From contig CAWBZV010000002.1 of NCBI GenBank assembly GCA_963793305.1, forward strand, positions 192,001 to 256,000: a stretch of DNA of 64,000 nt, written 5' to 3'. The notes beneath the pieces were generated by a model that was not told the origin of the DNA, searched no databases, and was given only the letters and a program-made list of their open reading frames with translations. Shown here piece after piece: positions 1-17,757 of this stretch (the stretch's first letter is position 1; every line of letters starts with the position of its first letter). This DNA is from an uncultured Gemmatimonadales bacterium. GTDB lineage: Bacteria > Gemmatimonadota > Gemmatimonadetes > Gemmatimonadales > Gemmatimonadaceae. The position numbers and the translations under genes are program-made.

Positions 1-408
1 GTGTCCGTCGTGTCCCGCGCCAAGCTATCGGGTCGCGGCACGATGTTGATATTGAACGGCAGGGACTGGAGCCCGCCCGCCTCGGCGACGATCCGGGGTG
101 TCGACGGCACCGAGTCGGTGGACGCGAAGACGTGGCCAAACGTGTCGGTCGTGACGACCAGTGGATCGAGCGTCAGCCACAGGATCGGAACGTGCAGCGA
201 GTCTTGCTTGATGTTGTACGCCGCCGCTTGCAGCGTACCGAGCGCGGTCGAGTCTCCGATGCGCATGGTGTCGCCGGCCACGACCGATGGCGCCGGCGCG
301 GTGTCGACGGCGAGCGAGATGAACGTCTTTGGGATTCGTGTCAGGCTGATTGCACGATACGGCGACGATCGCCGCCGCCAACCACGCCGCGGCGACCAAC
401 CGTCTCAT
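1..408 (-). CDS. Putative lipoprotein, partial (runs off window edge), apparent frameshift at ~321-327
   Basis: Signal peptide with lipobox-like AVSC; removing one base at GAACGTC gives PKDVISLAVDTAPAPSVVAGDT... open to position 1. Confidence 0.6.
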
Positions 409-1175
409 GGGGTAAACCGCTCAACCAGTGTCGTCGCCAGGTTGACGTACGATTGCGCCGCCGCATCGGACGGGTTGCGCAACACGACAGGCTGTCCGGC
501 GGCGAATGCGTCAGCCGCTGCGACGGTACGGGGCACGACCGTATCAAACACCATATTCGCCGGGAGGTGCCGCCGCACGTAGTCCGCCACGCGTACGCAG
601 GCCTTATTCGCCGGCTCGTACATCGTCAGGAGAATCCCGTCGAGCGTCAGATCCCCGTTGCAGGCGACGATATCCTGGATCGCGCGCAGGATCTGCGGCG
701 TGGTTTGCAGCGCCAGGGGCTCGCACTGCAGCGGGACGATGACGTGCTGGCTGGCCTCGAGCGTGCGCCGCACGATCGAGCCCAGTCCGGGCGGGGTATC
801 GACGATCACCACGTCGCAGCGCTCGCGCGCTTCGACGAGGACGTCGCGCAGCATCGTCGAGTCGGCCATCAGCTGCTGGTACTCGGAGTGGTTGGCCTTC
901 TCGGAGATGGTGCCGACGAGCATCACGCGCAGCCAGGGCAGTTGCGTCGGCAGAATGATCTCGCGCAGCCGGCGCTCGCCGTTCAAGTACTCGAAGAACC
1001 CATGCTGGGGATGGCCGCGCCGGAGACCCGCGCCGTAGCGCACGGCGCCTTGCGGGTCAACGTCGACGATGAGCGTTTTGAGTCCGCGCCGGGCGAAGGC
1101 CGCACCGAGATTGACCGCCGTCGTCGTTTTCCCGACGCCGCCTTTCTGGCTCACGACGGCGACCACGTGCCCCAC
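405..1175 (-). CDS. ParA/Soj family ATPase (no adjacent parB)
   Basis: Deviant Walker A QKGGVGKTT, DVDPQG, IVDTPPG, VIVPLQCE; GTG start overlaps the TPR gene stop. Confidence 0.9.
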   Translation of the reverse strand: MGHVVAVVSQKGGVGKTTTAVNLGAAFARRGLKTLIVDVDPQGAVRYGAGLRRGHPQHGFFEYLNGERRLREIILPTQLPWLRVMLVGTISEKANHSEYQQLMADSTMLRDVLVEARERCDVVIVDTPPGLGSIVRRTLEASQHVIVPLQCEPLALQTTPQILRAIQDIVACNGDLTLDGILLTMYEPANKACVRVADYVRRHLPANMVFDTVVPRTVAAADAFAAGQPVVLRNPSDAAAQSYVNLATTLVERFTP

Positions 1176-1625
1176 TAGGCGCGCTCGGTGTCGAGTGTTG
1201 TACCGGTCTTCATGGCCTCGAGCGTCTCTTCGGCGTGCTTGACCCAGCGCTCGGCCTCGGCGCCGTGCGGGCGGTATTCCAAGAATCGGTTCAGATGTCG
1301 CTCCGCCCCATCTTTGTCGCCGCGCTTGAGCAGCAAGAACGCGAGGCCATAATGCGCGCCCGCCAGTTGCGGCTGCACATCGAGCGCGCGCCGGTAACAG
1401 CGAATCGCGTCCTCGAGACGCCCCGTCTTCGAGTAGGCGATCGCGAGATTCTGCAGCACGCGGTGATCGTTGGGCTGGTCGCGCAGCGCGAGCTGATACG
1501 AACGTCAGCGCGGCGTCGTAATCGCCCTGGCGCTCGAGAGCCAACGCCTCGCTCAAATAGTCCAGGCGTTGCGGCTTGGGTGACCCGCCAGGTTTGCCCC
1601 CGAGGAGGCGGCTCAACCAGGACAT
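1175..1625 (-). CDS. Tetratricopeptide repeat protein (frameshift at ~1500-1506)
   Basis: TPR patterns NLAIAYSKTGRLEDAIRCYRRAL and AHYGLAFLL; N-terminus MSWLSRLLGG joins after a one-base correction. Confidence 0.8.
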
Positions 1626-1660
1626 AGTGTCAAAGGTACGAAGGGCGTAGCTTATACACC

Positions 1661-2179
1661 ATGGCGCCACGTCGATACGTCGTCGATCACACGAAAGGGG
1701 TCATGCACATCGAATGGCCGTTTTTCGGTGAGTTGTCCCGTGCGCTCGCGCTCAAGGTCGCGCGCGCGTATGACCCCCAAATTGTCGTCGGCATCGCGAC
1801 CGCCGGGGTCGTTCCCGGTGCCGTCGTCTCGGCGATCCTCGACCGCGAGTTTCACTCCATCATGGTCTCGCGCCGCGCCAAAGCCACCACCGTGCGTGAG
1901 ACCCCCGCCGTGCTCGGGGCCGCCCCGCCCGAGGTCCGCGGGCGCCGCGTGCTGATCGTCGATGAGACATGCGACTCCGGCGCCACCATGCGCCTCGCCG
2001 TCGCCGCCATCGTGAACGCCGGCGCCACCACCGTGCGCACCGCCGTCTCGTTCAAAACCGGGACGTATGAGCCGGATTTCTATGCGCTCGCGACCGAGAG
2101 CACGATTGTACTCCCATGGGACCGCGAGGTTCTCGTGGACGGGGAGCTGCTCCCCAATCCCATGTACGAGGGTCTCTGA
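1661..2179 (+). CDS. Type I phosphoribosyltransferase family protein
   Basis: PRPP-binding loop VLIVDETCDSGATM; IVLPWD C-terminus as in Gpt-like enzymes. Confidence 0.85.
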   Translation: MAPRRYVVDHTKGVMHIEWPFFGELSRALALKVARAYDPQIVVGIATAGVVPGAVVSAILDREFHSIMVSRRAKATTVRETPAVLGAAPPEVRGRRVLIVDETCDSGATMRLAVAAIVNAGATTVRTAVSFKTGTYEPDFYALATESTIVLPWDREVLVDGELLPNPMYEGL

Positions 2180-2305
2180 GCGCGCTTCGCGCGACTCACT
2201 GATACTTGGGGGGTCCGGGGGGCGTAGTTGGGGTTTGCCCCCCGGAGGCGAACAGACCAGTCGATGCAGCGCGTAGCGCGGCATCGACGTGCCGCGGAGC
2301 GGCAC
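2178..2305. repeat. Multi-hairpin intergenic element (REP-like) between convergent genes
   Basis: Stems CGCGC-TTC-GCGCG, CCGGGGGGC/GCCCCCCGG, GTCGATGC..GCGC-GTA-GCGC..GCATCGAC, GTGCCGC-GGA-GCGGCAC. Confidence 0.6.
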
Positions 2306-2316
2306 TGTAGGCCCCG

Positions 2317-2877
2317 CTATTCGACGGCTTCGACCGCCGTCTCGTAGCTGGTCCCGGCGCCCATCTCGTCATAGACATGCCCCATGACCTCGGCATTGCC
2401 GATCAAAAATCGGCACCGGGGCGCGCCGGCGGAGCGACACTCGACTTCGAGGACCGCGAGCGGATGGTCGGCGATCCGCCCGAAGAAGTCCGCGAACATG
2501 CCCGTGGTGAGATAACACCCGGGATGATCGAGGTTGGCGCTGGGGTCGGCCTCGGCCCAATCGGCCGTGTCGAGCGTCGCGACCGCGTCGCGGAGGGTGC
2601 CGATGGTGAGTGACCCCCACCCGGCGTCCCGGAAGTACTCGGTGGCGCGCTGCTCGAAGGTCGGCACGTCCAGATCTTCCGGTGCGCCGAATCCTTGTGC
2701 CTCCATCCAGGAAGTAAAAGAGGCAAAGAGCTGCTCACCGCCGGCGTATCCGGCTTCCTGGAGATAGGAGGCCGCGGCGAGACCGGCGTCGCGGACGAGC
2801 GCGGCGCGGAGCGCGGCGAGCGAGCCGCGGGTCAGGGCGACCATCTGATGGCGCGCGAGGTCGATCGACTGTGGCAT
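2317..2877 (-). CDS. V4R domain protein
   Basis: AGWGSL and GCYLTTGMFADFF...EVECRSAGAPRCRF motifs typical of V4R. Confidence 0.85.
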   Translation of the reverse strand: MPQSIDLARHQMVALTRGSLAALRAALVRDAGLAAASYLQEAGYAGGEQLFASFTSWMEAQGFGAPEDLDVPTFEQRATEYFRDAGWGSLTIGTLRDAVATLDTADWAEADPSANLDHPGCYLTTGMFADFFGRIADHPLAVLEVECRSAGAPRCRFLIGNAEVMGHVYDEMGAGTSYETAVEAVE

Positions 2878-2887
2878 GGCTGATAAC

Positions 2888-5712
<2,825 letters not shown>

Positions 5713-6644
5713 TGGCGGTATGCGCGAGAAACTCGTCGCTGTCGAAGCGAATAACGCGGTTGCGTCCCTGCTCCTTCGCCACGTACAGCGCGTCATCGGC
5801 GGCCCGCACTAACGCATCGACATTGGTGATCCGTGTGTGTGGCCACCCGGCCACGCCACAACTGATCGTGCGTTGCACGCTCCCGCCGTCGAACGCAAAT
5901 GTATGCTCCTCCACGGATTTCCGCACCCTTTCCGCGAACGTCACCGCATCCTCGGCCGTCGCCCCGGGAAGAATCAACATGAATTCCTCGCCGCCGTACC
6001 GGCCGACACGGTCGATTTCGCGAGCCGCGATCTTGAGGAGCGCCGCCAGCTGGCGCAGCACCGCGTCGCCCGCTTGGTGCCCATGCGTGTCATTCACGCT
6101 CTTGAACTTGTCGAGATCGCACATCACGCAGGCGAAGGGCTCCTGCATCCGGAGCGAGTGCTCGAACGTTTCCTCGAGCCGTTGCTCGAGATGGCGACGG
6201 TTGTCGATCTCGGTCAACGCATCGGTTTTCGAGAGCCGCTCGACCTGATCCTGCAGGGCTTTGATCCGCAACAACGACCGAACCCGCGCCTCCAGCTCGG
6301 CGAAGTTGATCGGTTTCGTGATGTAGTCATCCGCGCCGGCGTCCAGCCCGTCGACTTTGTCCTGGGTCGAGTCGAGCGCCGTCTGCATGATGATCGGGAT
6401 GAACGGCAGCTCCTTGTTGCCTTTGATGAGCCGCGCGACCTCCAGGCCGGTCAGCCTGGGCAGCATGATGTCGAGGAGAATCAGGTCGGGCATCGGCTGG
6501 GCGGCTTCAACCACGGCGAGCGCCTCTTCGCCATCCTGGGCCGTCAGCGTCGCGTAGCCGCGCGCTTCGAGACGATCTTTGAGCAGGTCGATGTTGTCGG
6601 GATGGTCATCGACAATCAAAACGTGCACTGCTCCCTGCATGTCG

Positions 6645-7034
6645 CTATACCGCTTCAGTCTTCCCGAGGAAGCGCTGGACCTCGGCGACCACCGCGCGGG
6701 GCTCACAGGGTTTGGCGAGATAGCCATCGCACCCGACTTCCATCGCCTTCTCCCGGTCCGACGCCAGCGCGTGGGCGGTCAGCGCGATAATCGGAATGTC
6801 GTGCGTCGCCGGGTCGTGCTTGAGCACCTGTGTGGCTTCCCACCCGTCGATAATGGGGATCGAGATATCCATCAGGATGAGATCGGGTCTCTCCGCTCTC
6901 GCTTTCGCGATCCCTTCCTCGCCGTTCAACGCTTCCATCACCCGATAGCCAAAGTGGCGAAGAATCGTCGAGTACACGATACGATTGTCTTCGTTGTCTT
7001 CGACCAGCAGGACGGTCTTCCCATTAGCGGTCAT
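6645..7034 (-). CDS. Single-domain response regulator (DivK-like)
   Basis: VLLVEDN, PDLILMDISIPIIDGWEAT, PIIALTAHA, GYLAKP. Confidence 0.88.
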   Translation of the reverse strand: MTANGKTVLLVEDNEDNRIVYSTILRHFGYRVMEALNGEEGIAKARAERPDLILMDISIPIIDGWEATQVLKHDPATHDIPIIALTAHALASDREKAMEVGCDGYLAKPCEPRAVVAEVQRFLGKTEAV

Positions 7035-7182
7035 GCGTTGCCCAGGTGTGCCAAGTAATTGTGTGGCTTGCACTTGCGCTCCATAAACGCAACGAGAGGA
7101 CAGACTCGCTCAAGATGGGCGGCGGTGCCATGACCGGCCGGAGTCCCTTGCCTTAGCAGCAAGTTTCTTACCAACGGTCGGA

Positions 7183-7950
7183 TCACAGTTTCGCCAGGCG
7201 GGCGCGGGCGTCGTCCTGGTAGTGCGAGTCGTTGTAATCGGTCACCGGCGCGTTGACCACAAATTCATACTCCGTTCGCGCTTTGGCCTTGTCGCCCGTG
7301 TCCTGATAGATCCTTGCCAGGTCCAGGTGATGGATGATCCGGCTCGGATCGTACTTGACCGCCTTTTCCATGTAATCCGTGGCGTTCTGCCAACTCGCCT
7401 GGCTGAAGATGCCGCCGCCTAAGAAATTCTTGGCCATGAACCGGGAGAACCCCGACAAGCGCATGATCTCCGCGTTCCAGGCGCCCATGACGTGCAGCGC
7501 GCCAGGATTCGTCGAGTCGATGGCCAAAGCCGCCAGCGCCTCGGAGCGCACTTCTTTGGCGTACTTGACGCGCGTGCCGGGGCCATACGTGAGGGCTTCC
7601 CGTCCCAGCGCGCGGGCCAGGTGAAAGTGCGGCGTCGCGCTGTCGGGATGAAGAGCGACCGCTCGTCGCGCGTAGGCGCTCGCCATCTTGTACAGTCCCG
7701 TTCGATGCTCTTTGTCCGGGTCGAACTCGGCCAAGTCGACCGCGCTCCGCGCGGCTTTCCACAGCGCCTCGTAGTTCATCGAGTCCGCCGCGATCGCGGC
7801 CTCGTAGTCGGCGAGCGCCGCCTGCGCGTTGCGCGCGGCGTACAAGCTGTCGCCGAGGGCCATATTCGATCGTGCCGCTGTGTCCTGTCCCCACGCCGGG
7901 GCCGAGGCCAGCATGACGGCGACGAGAACGGTGGGACGCATAGGCGGCAT
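7183..7950 (-). CDS. Secreted TPR-like helical protein
   Basis: Signal peptide (ASAPAWG), repeated TPR-like helices. Confidence 0.7.
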   Translation of the reverse strand: MPPMRPTVLVAVMLASAPAWGQDTAARSNMALGDSLYAARNAQAALADYEAAIAADSMNYEALWKAARSAVDLAEFDPDKEHRTGLYKMASAYARRAVALHPDSATPHFHLARALGREALTYGPGTRVKYAKEVRSEALAALAIDSTNPGALHVMGAWNAEIMRLSGFSRFMAKNFLGGGIFSQASWQNATDYMEKAVKYDPSRIIHHLDLARIYQDTGDKAKARTEYEFVVNAPVTDYNDSHYQDDARARLAKL

Positions 7951-7991
7951 CAAGCTATCGGGACCAATGCAACAGAGCAACCAGAGAGGCG

Positions 7992-9281
7992 ATGCTCGCG
8001 CTGAGTCTGATAGAACGGAAACGCGACGGTGAGCGCATCCGGCCCGCCGAGTGGCAGGCGCTCATCTCTGCCTATGTCGCTGGTGAGATACCGGACTACC
8101 AGATGGCCGCTCTCCTTATGGCGGCCTATCTCAACGGCCTGAACACGGACGAGACTGTCGCACTGACCACGGCGATGATGTCGAGCGGCGCGACGCTCCC
8201 GAAGCGCCGAGAGCCTCGCATCGACAAGCACTCGACGGGCGGAGTAGGCGACAAAGTGTCGCTGGTACTTGCGCCGTTGGTCGCCTCACTAGGACTGACG
8301 GTCCCCATGATCTCGGGCCGCGGGCTCGGTCACACAGGCGGGACGCTCGACAAGCTCGAGGCGATCCCTGGGTTTCGCACACAACTCTCCTTGGCCGAGG
8401 CCGAGCGGCAACTCGACGATATCGGGTGCGTGCTCATCGGCCAGACGGCCGAGCTTGCGCCCGCCGACCGTCGGCTCTACGCGTTGCGCGACGCCACAGC
8501 GACTGTGGACTCTATCCCACTCATCGCGGCCAGCATCATGAGTAAAAAGCTGGTCGAGGGCCTCAATGGTCTCGTGCTCGACGTGACGACCGGCTCGGGC
8601 GCCTTTTTGCCCACACCGGAAGACGCCACTTCCTTAGCCCGGGTGATGATCGCGCTTGGCGCCGCCCATGATTGCCGCACCGTCGCGCTGATCACCGCGA
8701 TGGATCGCCCGCTCGGATGGGCCTGCGGCAACGCGCTCGAAACCGAGGAGGCGATACATGCGTTGCGCGGGGAAGGGCCGAGCGATCTCATGACCGTCAC
8801 GTTCGCGCTTGCCGCCGAGATGCTCACGCTTGGCGGCTTGGACTCCGATAGCGCTGCACTCTCCCGCGCCATCACCTCAGGGGCGGCCGCTCGCAAATTT
8901 CAGGAAATTATCGAGGCGCAAGGCGGCAACCCTGGCGTCGTCGACGATCCCGCCACGCTCCCACAAGCGCCTGTCTCCTCGCCGTACCTCGCGAGTCGCT
9001 CCGGCGTCGTCGCCGCGATTGATCCTCGCATCGTTGGCCAGGGTATCATCGCACTGGGAGGAGGGCGGAGTCGACAAGAAGACACGATCGACCCGGCGGT
9101 CGGGTTCGTGATCACCATCAAGCCGGGCGATCGGGTCGAACGGGATCAGCCGTTGGCGACGATCTACGCGCGCGATGCCGAGGGGTTGGCCGTCGGACGA
9201 TCCGCACTCGACCGCGCGATACGCATCGCGGACGAGGCCGAGCCGATGTTATCGTTGATTATGGCCCGAATCGGGGATTAG
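7992..9281 (+). CDS. Thymidine/pyrimidine-nucleoside phosphorylase
   Basis: DKHSTGGVGDK, SGRGLGHTGGTLDKLEAIPG, SIMSKK. Confidence 0.95.
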   Translation: MLALSLIERKRDGERIRPAEWQALISAYVAGEIPDYQMAALLMAAYLNGLNTDETVALTTAMMSSGATLPKRREPRIDKHSTGGVGDKVSLVLAPLVASLGLTVPMISGRGLGHTGGTLDKLEAIPGFRTQLSLAEAERQLDDIGCVLIGQTAELAPADRRLYALRDATATVDSIPLIAASIMSKKLVEGLNGLVLDVTTGSGAFLPTPEDATSLARVMIALGAAHDCRTVALITAMDRPLGWACGNALETEEAIHALRGEGPSDLMTVTFALAAEMLTLGGLDSDSAALSRAITSGAAARKFQEIIEAQGGNPGVVDDPATLPQAPVSSPYLASRSGVVAAIDPRIVGQGIIALGGGRSRQEDTIDPAVGFVITIKPGDRVERDQPLATIYARDAEGLAVGRSALDRAIRIADEAEPMLSLIMARIGD

Positions 9282-9283
9282 CC

Positions 9284-12887
<3,604 letters not shown>

Positions 12888-12891
<4 letters not shown>

Positions 12892-13667
12892 TTCCCCACG
12901 AATCGCGGCGCGCGCTTCTCGAGAAAGGCCCCAGTCCCTTCCACCGCGTCGGTCGAGGCGGCGAGGACGCCAAAATAGGCGGACTCCAAGACGAGCGCCG
13001 AATCGAGGCTCATGCCGAGCCCACGATGCACGGCGTCGATCGTGAGGGCGAGCGCGAGCGGCCCATTGGCGAGGATCTGCATCATCACGGCTCGGGCCGC
13101 GGACTGCACTTCCTCCGCCGGCACCACGCGCGTCACGAGTCCGATGCGGAGCGCCTCGGCCGCATCGATCGTCTCGCCCGTGAGCAGCAAATGCATCGCC
13201 CGCCCGGCGCCGACGAGCCGCGGCAGGCGCTGCGTGCCGCCATATCCCGCCGCGAGACCGAGCTTGACCTCCGGCTGGCCGAACTTGGCCGTCTCAGCGG
13301 CGATCCGGATGTGGCACGCCATCGCCAGCTCGCACCCGCCGCCGAGCGCGAAGCCATTGACCGCCGCGATGACCGGCTTGGGCAATGTCTCGATCGACCG
13401 GAACACGCGCTGCCCGAACTCCAACGTCGCCTGTGCCTCGATCGCGCTCAGTCCCTTGATCTCGCCAATGTCGGCGCCCGCGGCAAACGCGCGGCCGGCG
13501 CCGGTCAGGATGATTCCCCCGACCGTGGGATCGGCTCGAGCCTCGGCGACCGCGGTGCCGAGCTCGGAGATCGTGATGTGGTTGAGGGCGTTGAGCTTGT
13601 CGGGTCGGTTGAGCGTGATTGTAGCGATGCGCTCGCCGACCTGCGAGACTACGGATTGATGCGGCAC
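12888..13667 (-). CDS. Enoyl-CoA hydratase/isomerase (crotonase)
   Basis: LNRPDKLNAL, AFAAGADI, ALGGGCELAMAC, GQPEVKLG. Confidence 0.92.
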
Positions 13668-14654
13668 GAGAGAGAATCTAATTGGATCCTGCGGAAGGGC
13701 ACCGTTCGATCCGGCTTCCATTATGAGACGAGCACCGGTCGCCGGGTGCGCCAACGCAGCACGCTGGCGCGGATCAAGGCGTTGCGCGTCCCGCCCGCCT
13801 ATCGCGACGTGCACATCGCCACCCGGCCGGGTGCGACGATCCAAGCGTATGGATACGATGCGCGCGGCCGGAAGCAGTATCGGTATCTCCCGAGCGCGGT
13901 CGAGAAAAGCGCGAACCGCAAATTCCGTCGTATCGCCGGGATGGGACGCGATCTCCCGGCCATCCGCGCCCGACTCGCGGCCGACATGCGGCGCCCGGGG
14001 CTCACGCGCCAGCGGGTCTCGGCGGCCGTCGTCAGGCTTATCGCCGAGGGCTATCTCCGCGTGGGCAACGAGCGCTACGAGCGCGAAAATCGCTCGCACG
14101 GCGCCACGACGTTGCGCAAGTCGAATATCAAAGTCGATGGGACTCGCGTCAGCCTGCACTACCGGGGCAAGCACGCCATAGAGCAACGACACACGATCGT
14201 CGACGGCCGCCTCGCGAAGTTCATCACCCAGCTCCACGCGGCGCCGGGCGTGCACGTCTTTCGGTATCAAAACGGTGCGCGGTGGTGCGACGTGACGGCG
14301 AGCGACATCAACCGCTACCTGCGCGACCTCGTCGGCGTCCCGTATACGGCGAAGGACTTTCGTACGTGGGGCGGGACCTTGCAATGCGCGGTGTCTCTCG
14401 CCGCAACCCGGCCCGCGGACAACGTAACCCAAGCGAAACGCAACGTGGTCGCGGCCATCCGTGGCGTCTCCGAAGAGCTGGGCAACACTCCGGCAATCGC
14501 CCGGAAGTCGTACGTGCACCCCATCGTCATCGCCCAGTATCTGGACCATGGCGCGACGATCGCCCCGTATCTCACGGGGCAATGCGTTCGCCTCGGCCGG
14601 TGCACGCGTGAAGAGGAGGCGCTCTCGGAGTTCCTCCACTCGCATTTTCGCTAG
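13659..14654 (+). CDS. DNA topoisomerase IB (bacterial, poxvirus-like)
   Basis: DARGRKQYRY, LRVGNERY, YRGK, TAKDFRTW, LGNTPAIARKSYVHP. Confidence 0.9.
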   Translation: MRHERESNWILRKGTVRSGFHYETSTGRRVRQRSTLARIKALRVPPAYRDVHIATRPGATIQAYGYDARGRKQYRYLPSAVEKSANRKFRRIAGMGRDLPAIRARLAADMRRPGLTRQRVSAAVVRLIAEGYLRVGNERYERENRSHGATTLRKSNIKVDGTRVSLHYRGKHAIEQRHTIVDGRLAKFITQLHAAPGVHVFRYQNGARWCDVTASDINRYLRDLVGVPYTAKDFRTWGGTLQCAVSLAATRPADNVTQAKRNVVAAIRGVSEELGNTPAIARKSYVHPIVIAQYLDHGATIAPYLTGQCVRLGRCTREEEALSEFLHSHFR

Positions 14655-14664
14655 ATTGCGCCCT

Positions 14665-15643
14665 GTGGAGCCTCTAGCCGCCGTACGGTGGACGCCTGAC
14701 TTTGCAGCTGTTCGCATCATCGATCAACGCCTGCTGCCCGGCGAGTTCGTCGAACGCGACCTGTCGACACTCGACGAGATCTGCGATGCCATTTCCACTC
14801 TGGCCGTGCGCGGCGCTCCTGCTATCGGTGTGGCCGGCGCCCTCGGCCTGGCAGCCCTCCTCGCGCACGAGCCATCCATGGTGTGCGCGGAAGCCTACGC
14901 AGCCCGAATTCGCTCGGCGCGCCCTACCGCGGTAAACCTCCCACGCGCCATCGATCGTGTCATGGCTGCGGTTCGTGCCGCCCCCGACGCCGAGATCGCG
15001 CGGGTGGCTCGTCATGAGGCCAACGCGATTCTAGAAGAGGACCGGGCCATGTGCCGGCGTATCGGCGAGGCCGGCGCGCCGTTGATCCCGGACGGCGCGC
15101 GTATACTGACGCACTGCAACGCGGGCGCGCTCGCTACGTCGGGCATCGGCACCGCACTCGCGCCGGTCTACGTCGCCGCCGAAGGGGGACGACGCATAGA
15201 AGTCTTCGCCGACGAAACACGACCGCTCATGCAAGGTGCGCGGCTCACGGCATGGGAGCTTTCGCGCGCCGGTATCCCCGTCACGGTCATTCCCGACAGT
15301 GCCGCCGCGAGCTTGTTGCGCTCGGGTAAGATCGACCTCGTGCTGGTCGGCGCCGATCGCATCGCAGCCAACGGTGATGCAGCGAATAAGATCGGGACAT
15401 ACGGTGTGGCCATTGCCGCCAAGCGCCACGGAGTGCCGTTCTATGTCGTCGCGCCAACGTCGACGTTCGATCCGGCCACCGCTTCGGGCGAGGATATCCC
15501 TATAGAAGAGCGAGGCCGACATGAGCTGTCCGTCCCAGACGGAGCTCGCGTGTTCAACCCGGCGTTCGAACGTCACGCCGGCGGAGCTCATCACGGCTTT
15601 CGTGAGTGACACCGGCGTGCACTATCCGCCGTACAGGTTCTGA
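14665..15643 (+). CDS. mtnA: S-methyl-5-thioribose-1-phosphate isomerase (frameshift at 15568-15574)
   Basis: VRGAPAIG, RPTAVNL, THCNAGALAT, ETRP, GADRIAANGD, NPAF(D)VTP. Confidence 0.93.
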
Positions 15644-17305
<1,662 letters not shown>

Positions 17306-17310
17306 GGACT

Positions 17311-17757
17311 ATGCATCCACGGACGAAATGGTTGATCGGCGGCGCTATCATCCTCGGCAGCGCCGGGCTGATCATGGCCAACGCCATCACCAAAACCGGC
17401 GAGTACTATTTCACCCCCCAAGAATTGGCCACTCGCGTCGCCGGCGATCCGTCATTCGTCGAAACCGGCGTAAAGGTCGGCGCTCGCGTGGTGCCGGGCT
17501 CGATCGTTCGCGCACCCGGCGGGCGGGAAGTCTCTTTCCGCGTCTCCGACGGCGCCCAGACATATCCGGTCGTCTATCGCGGCATAACACCCGACACGTT
17601 CACCGATGGTGTCGATGTGGTGGTCGAAGGCAGACTGGGTCGCGATGGAACGTTTCGAGCGACGACACTGCTCGCCAAGTGCGCATCCCGCTACGAGAAC
17701 GCACCCGAGAAGTATCGGAGCACACCGGGATACCGGACGCCGAACGCGGCCACATGA
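17311..17757 (+). CDS. ccmE: Cytochrome c maturation heme chaperone, Cys-type (CxxxY)
   Basis: N-terminal TM; YRGITPDTFTDGVDVVVEG; LLAKCASRY. Confidence 0.92.
   Translation: MHPRTKWLIGGAIILGSAGLIMANAITKTGEYYFTPQELATRVAGDPSFVETGVKVGARVVPGSIVRAPGGREVSFRVSDGAQTYPVVYRGITPDTFTDGVDVVVEGRLGRDGTFRATTLLAKCASRYENAPEKYRSTPGYRTPNAAT

Noticed and set aside
405..1670. Apparent TPR-ParA fusion ORF
   Set aside because: Produced by the indel at ~1500; the TPR frame stops at 1175, where ParA starts
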